A DNA stretch of 64,000 nucleotides, taken from contig JBCCHT010000026.1 in NCBI GenBank assembly GCA_039028615.1, forward strand, positions 32,001-96,000. Reading direction: 5' to 3'. The notes beneath the pieces were generated by a model, which saw nothing but the letters and a program-made list of their open reading frames with translations, ran no database searches and had not been told where the DNA came from. Below are positions 55,698 through 64,000 of this stretch, one piece after another (the stretch's first letter is position 1; each line of letters opens with the position of its first letter). This DNA comes from Myxococcota bacterium (GTDB taxonomy: Bacteria > Myxococcota_A > Polyangia > Nannocystales > Nannocystaceae). Position numbers and translations under genes: made by a program.

Positions 55698-56996
55698 CTA
55701 CTCCTGCGACAGCGTGACCTTCAGGGCGGTGTCCTCGAGTACGACCACGTCTCGTTGGACTCGCTTGCCGTCGTGCTCCATCACCACCTGGTGCTCGCCG
55801 AAGCTCACGCGTGTCCGGCAGGGGGTCGTACAGCGGGTGGCTCCGTCGACCGTGGCCGTGACGCCGGGAGGGTTGCTGACCAGGGTGAGCATGGCCGAGT
55901 TGTCTTCGGTGAGCTCGATGGGCTCGGCTTTCGGGGCGACCACGGGCCTTGGCGAGGGCGGGGGCGTGACTGGGGTCGGCCTCGGCGGCTCGACCACGAC
56001 TGGGGCCACGGGCAGTGGTGCTGGCGCAGGGGCGACGACCGGCGCCTCGGCGGGCACTGGCGGGGAGGGAGCGCGGGCCGTGAGCACGAAGACCACGGCG
56101 ACGCCGAACGCGAGGAGACTGGCGGAAAGTCCCGCCACCAATGCGACGGGGTTGCGTCGTTGGGATGCGTTGCGCTGCAGAGCCGTGACGGGTTTGGGCG
56201 GCGGAGCATCCAGCGCAAAAAGGGCCTCCCGGGGCTTGCCGAGTCGCTCTGCGAGGCCGGGCGCGATCATCCGCAGCACGACGCTGCGCAGGCGCTCGTC
56301 CATGCCGCGCAACAACCGGCTCGCGTCGACCCGCCCGGTGCTCGCATCCATGGGCAGGTCGGCCACCTCGCGACGCTCGGCGAGCGAGACCAGCGTCATG
56401 CCCAGTCCGTACATGTCCGAGGCGGGCTCGGGGCGGCCGATGATCTGCTCCGGCGCCATGTAGCCGAAGGTCCCGACGGAGGTCATGTCCGTCTTGCCGC
56501 CGACACGGACCGCTCCGAAGTCGATGAGGTACGTCCGCTCGCCCAGCATCACGTTGCGAGGGTTGATGTCGCGGTGCAGGACGGGCGGCACCTGCTCGTG
56601 CAAGTACGCGAGGATCTCGAGGCACTGCCGAAGGACGCGTTCGAACTCGGCGGGCGACAGCGGACCGTGGTCGGTGATCTGCTGGGCGATGGTGTGCCCG
56701 GAGACCTCGGTCTGCACGATGCCCGCCGTGCGGTCGTCCTCGACGATGCGGTCGACCAGCCGTGGAATGCCGGGGTGCTCGAGCGCGGCGAGGGTCGTGA
56801 CCTCGCGTTCGAACAGCTCGACCTGCTTCCAGTCGTCGACGTGCTCCATCCGCAGCAGCTTGAGCACGTAGCGGGAGCCCGCTTCGCCCTCGCGTTCGAC
56901 GAGTAAGGTTTTTCCCTGACCCCCTTCGCCCAGCTCGCGAACGACGTGATAGGCGTGGTGCTCGGAGCGAAAGGTCTCGGGGCCGGAGGTACTCAT
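55698..56996 (-). CDS. Ser/Thr protein kinase with TM helix, Pro-rich linker and PEGA domain
   Basis: GEGGQG, HRDINPRN, DFG, GTFGYMAPEQ. PEGA S.PPG....VDG...TTP. Confidence 0.93.
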   Translation of the reverse strand: MSTSGPETFRSEHHAYHVVRELGEGGQGKTLLVEREGEAGSRYVLKLLRMEHVDDWKQVELFEREVTTLAALEHPGIPRLVDRIVEDDRTAGIVQTEVSGHTIAQQITDHGPLSPAEFERVLRQCLEILAYLHEQVPPVLHRDINPRNVMLGERTYLIDFGAVRVGGKTDMTSVGTFGYMAPEQIIGRPEPASDMYGLGMTLVSLAERREVADLPMDASTGRVDASRLLRGMDERLRSVVLRMIAPGLAERLGKPREALFALDAPPPKPVTALQRNASQRRNPVALVAGLSASLLAFGVAVVFVLTARAPSPPVPAEAPVVAPAPAPLPVAPVVVEPPRPTPVTPPPSPRPVVAPKAEPIELTEDNSAMLTLVSNPPGVTATVDGATRCTTPCRTRVSFGEHQVVMEHDGKRVQRDVVVLEDTALKVTLSQE

Positions 56997-57054
56997 CGTT
57001 CTCGCGCTTGCTGGAGTCTTCGAGTCACGAATATAACGCACGAGGATATCGACC

Positions 57055-57600
57055 ATGATGCGCACGACCGTTCCCTTTGCCCTCGCCTGCTTGCTCGCCT
57101 ACGGTTGTGACTCGAAGAAGGACGCCGGTCCCACGGCGGACGCCAAGGTCAAGGAATCCCCGAAGGAGGCCAAGAGGGACGCTCGCGCCGAGGTGGCCAA
57201 GGCGGTGGACGAGGCCAAAGCGGCGAAGGACAAGCGAGCGAAGGCCAAGGACGCCAAGGCCGAGGAGACTTACGGCGAGGAGTTCTGCGCCGTCATCATC
57301 CCGTGCTTTCAGGAGATGAAGTTCGTGGGCAACTTCATGGCCGACGTCTCCGTCGACATCGAACCCGAGGGTAGCGTCTCTGCGGTCAGCTTCACGGGCG
57401 ACGCACCCAAGCCCGTGCAGACCTGCATCAACACCAAGATCAAGGCCACCACGCTCGCCGACTACAACGGCAAGCCGGGTCGTACGAAGTGCACGAAGAG
57501 CGGCCAGCTGATGGGCGGCGGCCAGATGGTCATGTCCGACATGAGCTACGAAGTCCGCGAGGCCGCGGGCGGTGATGCCAAGGCGGCCGACGCCGAGTAG
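57055..57600 (+). CDS. Hypothetical lipoprotein with Lys/Ala-rich linker and a TonB-C/AgmX-like small domain
   Basis: Lipobox LAYGC, I.PC....I.P.G.V....C pattern. Confidence 0.65.
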   Translation: MMRTTVPFALACLLAYGCDSKKDAGPTADAKVKESPKEAKRDARAEVAKAVDEAKAAKDKRAKAKDAKAEETYGEEFCAVIIPCFQEMKFVGNFMADVSVDIEPEGSVSAVSFTGDAPKPVQTCINTKIKATTLADYNGKPGRTKCTKSGQLMGGGQMVMSDMSYEVREAAGGDAKAADAE

Positions 57601-57655
57601 ACGCGGTCGCGTCGCGGTTCACGAGCGCGCCACGGCGTCCGCGATCGGCCAGTCC

Positions 57656-58741
57656 CTACTCGGGCTGCGGCTTGCACTTGGCGGTGGCGCCGTCCGTGAA
57701 CTGACCCGTCCACGCTTCGTTTTGCCGCACGGAGCCCCGGAAGAACACCGGCTCGGTCGCGACCTTGTCCGCCTGCATGAAGATGTACGAGGCGCGCATG
57801 GAGCTGGGCGGGCTGCCCTTCGCGACGGAGAACTCCCGCAGTAGCTCGAAGCTTCGCAAGGCGCCCCACATGACTCGTGCGCCCGCGGAGGGGTCGTAGC
57901 CGGCCCGCACCGAGTACTCGACCGCCCGCTCGTCGGCGAGCACGTCGTCCATGGGCCCGTCGCAGACCGCGAGGTACTTACCCGCGATCTGTTGGATCCG
58001 TTCGGGCGGGATGAACAAGGACAGCATCTCCTTGTCGTAGGAGTCCCACTCGACTCGGGCGATCTCGTGGCCGAGGATGAACGCGATTTCGGCCTCGTCC
58101 AGTTTTTCGACGAGGCCCATGCTCACGAACACGTTTCCGCCCGGAAGGGCAAAGGCCTTGGCGCCGAGCGTCTCGTCCTCGGAGCGGTACAGGCGGAACG
58201 AGAACGAGCCGGAGAACACCGGGTCTTTCCGCGCCCCTGCGACGCGTTCACCGACGGCCTGCACATACCCGACGAGCTCGCCGGAGTCGACGAGTTTCAC
58301 CCTCGAATCTCCGAGGACCGCGCGCTCGAGTTCTTCGGCCAGGGATTTTTCGGTGTCGCTGCCGTGGAGCTTGGCCGCCCGCGCTCGGTTGCTGAAGGTC
58401 AGCCGAGAGCACTCCAGCGCGGCTCGAGCTTCGGCTGCCTTGGCGCAGTTCTTGGCCTTGACCTTGGCCCGGTCCCAGCTGCCGTTCTCACAATAGTTGG
58501 AGAGCCGATCGATGGGATCGCTGCGCTTGAGCTTCTCGGGCCAGGGCAGTGCCTTCGCACATTCGAAGTACGAGTCGGGGTACTCCGGGGCCGCAGCGGC
58601 CGGCGCTTCTTCCTTCTTCTTGCTCGATTCGCCCTCGTCCTCCTTGGACAGCAAGGAGCAGGCGCTGGTCATGGTGGCCGCGAGCAGGAACAGCGTGGCC
58701 ACGGTGGCCGAGCCGAAGGAGAGCGTGTTCGAGCGGTACAT
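57656..58741 (-). CDS. M48-family peptidase-like lipoprotein with a degenerate zinc motif
   Basis: AFALPGG.VFV..GL, EIAFILGHEIAR (HExxH changed to HExxR), AD......AGYDP. Confidence 0.8.
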   Translation of the reverse strand: MYRSNTLSFGSATVATLFLLAATMTSACSLLSKEDEGESSKKKEEAPAAAAPEYPDSYFECAKALPWPEKLKRSDPIDRLSNYCENGSWDRAKVKAKNCAKAAEARAALECSRLTFSNRARAAKLHGSDTEKSLAEELERAVLGDSRVKLVDSGELVGYVQAVGERVAGARKDPVFSGSFSFRLYRSEDETLGAKAFALPGGNVFVSMGLVEKLDEAEIAFILGHEIARVEWDSYDKEMLSLFIPPERIQQIAGKYLAVCDGPMDDVLADERAVEYSVRAGYDPSAGARVMWGALRSFELLREFSVAKGSPPSSMRASYIFMQADKVATEPVFFRGSVRQNEAWTGQFTDGATAKCKPQPE

Positions 58742-58796
58742 GGGGGGGACGCCTGCATGGTACAGGCACCGCCCGCGAAAACCACGCGCTCATTGG

Positions 58797-60083
58797 CTAC
58801 GGGTTCGGGACACCGACGGCGTCCCACGCCTGATCGATCGACGAGAGCAAGCCCGGACTCTCGGGATAGAGTTCTTGGGCCGCGAGCCGGGTCGCGTGTC
58901 GCATGTCGGCGTGGGTCGCATTGGGGGCGAGAAGCTCGTTGGCGCGGTAGAAGATCTGGGCCGCCGATGCGATGCCGATCCCGACCACCACCGGGCCACC
59001 GGGATGGTCTGTCGGTCGAGGGTGCGTGCCGCCTTCGGAGAGCAAGTGGAACGCCAGGCCCACGATCCCCTTGGCCAAGCTGCCGTGGGCTCCGTCGGAG
59101 TAGTGGTCGGAGATGCCCGGGACCGACGCGGGATCGGACAGGTCGTTGGGGTTGTCGATCACGTCCTCCGAGATTTGCCACACCGCGTCGCCGACCGAGC
59201 CCGGCGGCAGGCTCCACCAGGTGCAGATCGACGCGAAGACGTCGGCCAGCCCTTCGTTCAGCGCACTCGACTCGGAGCCGTCGTGCGCGAGCGAGGAGGT
59301 GTGCAGGATCATCCCGTGGGTGAACTCGTGGAGCACGGTGTCGAGAGAGGTGGCCGGGTGCCCCGTGTAGTCGTTGAATGCGGTGGCCTCGAACATCGCC
59401 TCGTTGCGATTCCAGAACGGGCCGAAGATGGTCGAAGTCTCGATGACCGCCCGGAGCTCCGCCCCGTTGCCGTCGTAGCTGTCGCGCCCGAACAGGTCGT
59501 CCATGCAACCGAGGAAGACCCCCATGTTGTCGTAGGCAGCGGTGGCGACCTCGCTGGGGCACGCGATGTCGCAGGCGTTCAGGACGGCACAGGTGCCGTC
59601 GTTCACCACGACGTCGCAGTAGCTCTCGTAGAGGAACTTGATGTTGCCGTCGCCCGCGTCGTCGATGTCGAGGAAGGTATGCCCCTGGATGACGCGTCGA
59701 GGGGCCAGGGGCGAGGGCTCTTCGATGCCCGTGTCGCTGCTGTCGGCCGCGTCGTCGGATGATTCGTCGTCGGTTGCGTCGAGCCCGTCGGTGCCGGTCG
59801 TGGTCGCGTCGGCCGCCTCGTCGGCACCGTCGGTGTTCATGCCCGGGTCGTTGGTCGTGTCGCTGCTCGAGCCGAAGGCGCCCGTGGTGTCGTCGCTCAC
59901 ATCGGGGCCAGGTCCGAAGCTGAACGCTCCGCTCGTCTCTCCGCCCGCCCCGGTGACGCAACCCGCGGCCAGGGCCAGCAACACGCTGCCTGCCGCCAGA
60001 CACGAGCCGAGGAGGCGTTCCCGACGATCGACTCGATGCGGGGGAGCGAAGGGCTTCGGGCTCGCGACGGCCGGGGCTTTCAT
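58797..60083 (-). CDS. M4 (thermolysin-like) metallopeptidase lipoprotein
   Basis: GRDSYDG.G, LD.V.HEFTHG, S.ALNEG.AD, W.I.E, GIG...A.QIFY.A, W.AVGV. Lipobox LAAGC. Confidence 0.9.
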   Translation of the reverse strand: MKAPAVASPKPFAPPHRVDRRERLLGSCLAAGSVLLALAAGCVTGAGGETSGAFSFGPGPDVSDDTTGAFGSSSDTTNDPGMNTDGADEAADATTTGTDGLDATDDESSDDAADSSDTGIEEPSPLAPRRVIQGHTFLDIDDAGDGNIKFLYESYCDVVVNDGTCAVLNACDIACPSEVATAAYDNMGVFLGCMDDLFGRDSYDGNGAELRAVIETSTIFGPFWNRNEAMFEATAFNDYTGHPATSLDTVLHEFTHGMILHTSSLAHDGSESSALNEGLADVFASICTWWSLPPGSVGDAVWQISEDVIDNPNDLSDPASVPGISDHYSDGAHGSLAKGIVGLAFHLLSEGGTHPRPTDHPGGPVVVGIGIASAAQIFYRANELLAPNATHADMRHATRLAAQELYPESPGLLSSIDQAWDAVGVPNP

Positions 60084-60169
60084 CACCTGCCAAAGTAACC
60101 CCGCGGGACCCGAAGTATTCAGTGCACGAAAAGAATGTGACCCTGTTGCGCAGTCGCTATCGTTCACGG

Positions 60170-61849
60170 GTGCACCGCCGGCTCGTTCTCCTGTGTGGCT
60201 CTTTGCTCTCGGCCTGCGCTACGGCTCCGCAGGTCGTTGCGACCGCGGCGACGGTGTTCACGGTCGAGCCCGGCGGCGCGATCGTGACGCTCGATCCGAC
60301 CGCGCCGCGCGTCGAGGCGATCGTCGTCGCCAACGGGGCGATCACCGAGGCGGGGACACGCGAGGAGGTGGTCGCTCGCCATCCGACCGCCACCGTGCAC
60401 TCGCTCGGCCCACGTACGGTTCTGCCGGGAATCATCGATGCGCATGTCCACTCCCGGGAGCTCGGCTCGGATGCGTTGTTGGTCGATGTGGGCGACTGCC
60501 CCGATGTCGCGTGTATGGTGACTCGGCTTCGCGAGCGCTACCCACAGCCGGAGTCGGGACAGTGGCTGGTGGCGGACGGCTGGGACGAGGGCGCGTGGGC
60601 ATCGCGGGGCTACCCCGACCGCGCAGCGCTGGACGAGGCCTTCGCGGGCAACCCGGTGCTGGTGACGTCGCGGCATGGCTTCGCGAGCCTGGCCAACGGC
60701 GCGGCCCTGGGACTCGCGGGTATCGGGATGGAAACGGCCGACCCCGAGGGCGGGACCATCGTGCGCGACTCGGATGGTCGGGTGACGGGCGTGCTGCTCA
60801 CGCTGGCCCAAGACCTCGTCCGTGCCGTCAAACCGCCGCTGTCCCACGCGGAGCGCAAGGCCGCGATCGTGGCCGGCCTGGGGCAGCTCGCCGAGGCTGG
60901 GGTGACCTGTGTGCACGAAGCGGGCATGAGCCGAGCCGATACCGCTGCGTTCGTCGAGCTCGCCCAGGAGGGAGCGCTACCGATTCGCGTGTACGGGTTG
61001 CTCGACGGCAACGATCGCGAGCTGGTCGACGAGTGGATCGGCTCTGGCCCGCGCATCGATCCCCGAGATCACTTCACGGTGCGCGGCTTCAAGGTGTTCT
61101 ACGACGGCTCGCTCGGCTCCCGTACCGCCTTGCTCGCGGAGCCCTATGCCGATGTACCGGACGCAGCGCGGCCCACCGAGCGCATCCGGCCCGACGCCGT
61201 GGCGGCGCTGGCCGAGGTGGCGGCACAGTCCGGCTTCCAGCTCGCCGTGCACACCATTGGGGACGAGGCCAACACGCGCATGCTCGATCTGTTCGAGCAG
61301 ACCTTTGCCGCGGTGCCGGGCGATCATCGCTGGCGCCTCGAGCACTTTCAGGTGGTCGCGCCGGGCGGGTTTCGGCGCGTGGCCGACCTGGGGGTGATCG
61401 CGAGCATGCAGCCCAGTCACGCGGTGGGGGACAGCGCGTGGGCCGAAGATCGAGTGGGGCCCGACCGCATCCGTCGGGCCTACGCGTGGCGAAGTGTGCT
61501 CGAAGCGGGGGCGCCCTTGGTGCTCGACTCCGACGTGCCCGGAGAGCCGTGGATGCCGATGCAGACCCTGTACTTCGCGGTGACGCGCCAACCACTCGAT
61601 GGCTCGGTGCCTCCGTGGCAACCGGAACAAGCGCTGACCATCGACGAGGCCATCGAGGCGATGACGGTGACGGCGGCCTACGCCGGCTTCCATGAAGGGC
61701 GGCTCGGTCAGCTACGGCCGGGAGCGTGGGCCGACTTCATCGTCCTCGACGCCGACCCTTGGCGCACCGAGGCGGCTCGGCTCGCCGAGATCACGGTGGA
61801 GCAGACGTGGATTGCAGGTGCGCCTCTACCCGCTGGGGTGGCTGGCTAG
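60170..61849 (+). CDS. Amidohydrolase 3 family protein (YtcJ-like)
   Basis: PGIIDAHVH, K.FYDGSLGSRTA, HTIGD.A, RLEH, SMQP.H, SD.P, G.L.PG..ADF.VL. Confidence 0.93.
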   Translation: MHRRLVLLCGSLLSACATAPQVVATAATVFTVEPGGAIVTLDPTAPRVEAIVVANGAITEAGTREEVVARHPTATVHSLGPRTVLPGIIDAHVHSRELGSDALLVDVGDCPDVACMVTRLRERYPQPESGQWLVADGWDEGAWASRGYPDRAALDEAFAGNPVLVTSRHGFASLANGAALGLAGIGMETADPEGGTIVRDSDGRVTGVLLTLAQDLVRAVKPPLSHAERKAAIVAGLGQLAEAGVTCVHEAGMSRADTAAFVELAQEGALPIRVYGLLDGNDRELVDEWIGSGPRIDPRDHFTVRGFKVFYDGSLGSRTALLAEPYADVPDAARPTERIRPDAVAALAEVAAQSGFQLAVHTIGDEANTRMLDLFEQTFAAVPGDHRWRLEHFQVVAPGGFRRVADLGVIASMQPSHAVGDSAWAEDRVGPDRIRRAYAWRSVLEAGAPLVLDSDVPGEPWMPMQTLYFAVTRQPLDGSVPPWQPEQALTIDEAIEAMTVTAAYAGFHEGRLGQLRPGAWADFIVLDADPWRTEAARLAEITVEQTWIAGAPLPAGVAG

Positions 61850-64000
61850 CCAGGCATCGATGGCTTCGATGTAGCGGGCGTGGAAGGGGCCCGCCGCCAC
61901 GAACCCGGGCCGGGCTTGCTGCACGAGGGCACGCGCTTCGGCCTGGTTGCCGCCTGCACTCCACCGCGCCTGCCCGGCGATCCAGCGAGCGAATGCCAGC
62001 TCCGCCGTCGGGCCCTGGATGTCCGCCGCCTGGGCCATCGCGGCGTCGGCCAGCTCGACCGCCGTCGCGGAATTCCCGAGGCCGAGCTCGGCGTTGGCCA
62101 AGCCGGTCAGGGCCATGGAATACGTGGCGGGGTTGGGTGTCGGCTGGGCCTCGAAGACCTCGCGAGCGCGGCGGTACCAGTCATGGGCGCGCTGGAACTC
62201 GCCGCGGAACGCCAGCCCCTCCCCGTACTCGCACCACAGCTTGGCCAAGGTCGGATGCTCGGGACCGAAGCTCGCCTCCGCGACTTTCAGGGAGTGCTCG
62301 AAGAGCGCTTCGGCCTCGGGCCAGGCTCCTTGCAACTCGTGCGCATCGGCCAGGTTGTTGAGCACGATCGCGATGATGGGGTGGGTCTCGCCGTAGGCCT
62401 TCTGCGCGAGGGACAGCGCCTGCTCCAGCCTCTCGATGGCTGCGGCGTACTGACCCTGCGTGATCAGAGCCGTGGCCAGGTTGGTGAGGGGAATCGACAG
62501 GTTGGGATGGTCTTCGCCGAAGTTCTCGGCGGTGATCGAAGCCGAGCGCTCGAGCGGAGGCACGGCGCGCGCGTAGTCCCCCCGCGCTTGATAGACGTTG
62601 CCGATGTTGTTGTAGGCCATCGCGACCGTGGGGTGGATGGGCCCGAAGGCGGACTCGAGCACCTCGAGCGCCTGCCGATGAAGCGCCAGCGCTTCCTCGT
62701 CCTTACCGAGCTGAAGGGTGCTGGTCGCCAGCGCGGTGAGGGCGTGGCCGACCTCGGGGTGACCGGGGCCGACCGCTCGGCGCAGCAGGTCCAGCCCTTC
62801 GGTCAGGCGCACGGCCGCTTCGTCGTATCGACCGTTCTTGTGCAGCAGGGTGCCCACGTTGGTGAGTGACCGCGCGACGGAGGGGTGCTCGGGGCCGACG
62901 GTCTCTCGCAGCAACACCAGCGCGCGCTCGACCAGGGGCAGGGCCTGCTCGCTCTCCCCGCGGTCGAAGTAGATGGTCGACAGGGCGGTGAGGCGCTGAG
63001 CCTCCCGCAGCGGGTCCTCGCCGAGCTCGAGCATCGCGATCTCGGCCAGCGACGCCCACAAAAATCCGACCTCGTGCTTGGCCAGGCGGTAGCCCGTGAC
63101 CTGAGACAACGAGGTGGCCGCATCGACCATGAGCATGTGCGCGTGGACCTTGGCGCCGTCGTAGTAGGCCTGCTCGAGGTGCGGGCGGGCTTGATCGTAC
63201 TTGCCCGTGGCCGCGTAGAGCTTGCCCAGCTCGAACGCGGCCCGCGGTCGGATCGCGGCGCCGGGAAAGGAGTCGGCGGCCGCGAGGGCTTCCTCGGCCA
63301 GCGCGAGGGCTTCGCCGTAGCGCCCCGCACCTCGGAGCGCTCGTACCCGCGACAGCCGAGCTCGAACCTCGCGGATTTCCTCCCGGCGATCGGAGGGCGG
63401 CGGAGGCAGGCGTCGCAGCAGGCCTTCGTGGCGACACGGGTCCACGGGGGCGAGCCCCGCGGAGGCTTCCACCGCGTGCTGCAGGACGTTCTGGTCGGCA
63501 CGAATCAGCTCGTCGACCAGCGCGTCGAGCTCCTCGCGTCGCTGGTCGAGGCACCACGCGGCGCGGTCGTGCAGGTCGTCGTCCCATCGTTCTTCGACGC
63601 GGTGCGCGGTGCAGATCTCGGTGGTCGTCTCGGCGAGGGCCTCCACGTGACGGTCGAGCCAGGGCAGTACCCGATCGACGAGCGGCGTGGCGAAGGTGAC
63701 CCCGGTGTCCTGCATCGCGGCCGACAGCTCGTCGCGGCGCGAGCCGATCCACAGCTGCTCGACGGCAGTGCCCGCGCGCGTGCACTCGCGCTGCTCGGAG
63801 GCATGCAGCCACTGCCGTCCGACGAGGATGGCGGCGAGGGTCCCCGCTCCGAGTCCGGCGACCGTGAGCCATCGCCGGGAGCGGGCCCGCCTGCGGCCGG
63901 CTTCGAGGGCGACGAGCAGCGCCTCCATCGTGTCGAAGCGGCGCTCGGGTGCGCGCTCGAGGCCCCGGGTGAGGACGCGGAGGAGCCAGCTGGGCACGCG
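61826..64000 (-). CDS. Ser/Thr kinase (C-terminal part only) with TM helix and multiple TPR repeats, 5'-truncated by the window edge
   Basis: End of kinase domain (VL.RGL...P.RRF..M..L), TM segment, conserved CL..R segment, about eight G..HP.VA..L.N.G TPR repeats. Confidence 0.9.
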   Translation of the reverse strand, partial: RVPSWLLRVLTRGLERAPERRFDTMEALLVALEAGRRRARSRRWLTVAGLGAGTLAAILVGRQWLHASEQRECTRAGTAVEQLWIGSRRDELSAAMQDTGVTFATPLVDRVLPWLDRHVEALAETTTEICTAHRVEERWDDDLHDRAAWCLDQRREELDALVDELIRADQNVLQHAVEASAGLAPVDPCRHEGLLRRLPPPPSDRREEIREVRARLSRVRALRGAGRYGEALALAEEALAAADSFPGAAIRPRAAFELGKLYAATGKYDQARPHLEQAYYDGAKVHAHMLMVDAATSLSQVTGYRLAKHEVGFLWASLAEIAMLELGEDPLREAQRLTALSTIYFDRGESEQALPLVERALVLLRETVGPEHPSVARSLTNVGTLLHKNGRYDEAAVRLTEGLDLLRRAVGPGHPEVGHALTALATSTLQLGKDEEALALHRQALEVLESAFGPIHPTVAMAYNNIGNVYQARGDYARAVPPLERSASITAENFGEDHPNLSIPLTNLATALITQGQYAAAIERLEQALSLAQKAYGETHPIIAIVLNNLADAHELQGAWPEAEALFEHSLKVAEASFGPEHPTLAKLWCEYGEGLAFRGEFQRAHDWYRRAREVFEAQPTPNPATYSMALTGLANAELGLGNSATAVELADAAMAQAADIQGPTAELAFARWIAGQARWSAGGNQAEARALVQQARPGFVAAGPFHARYIEAIDAWLASHPSG

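Noticed and set aside
51434..56906. Long plus-strand ORFs 51434-53440 and 54624-56906
   Set aside because: Antisense shadows of acnB, the FGE-domain gene and the kinase gene.
59638..61695. 685-aa plus-strand ORF
   Set aside because: Arg-rich alternate frame overlapping the M4 peptidase and amidohydrolase genes; no motifs.
1..64000. rRNA, tRNA or CRISPR arrays
   Set aside because: None recognised; intergenic gaps are short and lack cloverleaf or repeat-spacer structure. A covariance-model scan would be needed to exclude small RNAs.

Overview
High-GC window from what looks like a Nannocystaceae-like myxobacterium. This is inferred from many lipoproteins with Gly/Thr/Asp-rich linkers, Ser/Thr kinases fused to TPR, WD40 or PEGA domains, and an IgGFc-binding protein. 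(1) Bases 1-~24.6 kb hold the 3' half of a leinamycin-type trans-AT PKS cluster. The giant PKS is open at the left edge and reads KS-ECH-ACP / KS-DH-KR-ACP / KS-DH-ACP / KS-ACP-ACP-DUF2156-PLP lyase (SH)-TE. It is followed by LnmK-like acyltransferase/decarboxylase, donor ACP, HMG-CoA synthase, a second donor ACP, decarboxylating KS0, TEII, a Crp/Fnr regulator, an adenylating enzyme, and DUF3224, NTF2/SnoaL and GNAT proteins. (2) 25-39 kb: lipoproteins, an SDR, a vWA protein, two secreted proteases sharing an ECF-like promoter motif, an IgGFc-binding protein and a YtrA-type GntR operon. (3) 39.0-42.3 kb: a lower-GC putative defence locus encoding a tandem PGDYG-like protein, a multi-TIR protein and an AspBHI/MspJI-type methylcytosine-dependent nuclease. 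(4) 42-64 kb: M14 peptidase, a divergent ECF sigma / zinc-finger-kinase-WD40 pair, acnB, an FGE-domain protein, kinases, M48 and M4 peptidases and an amidohydrolase. No rRNA, tRNA, CRISPR array, transposase or integrase was seen. All assignments come from motif recognition by eye; no database search was run.
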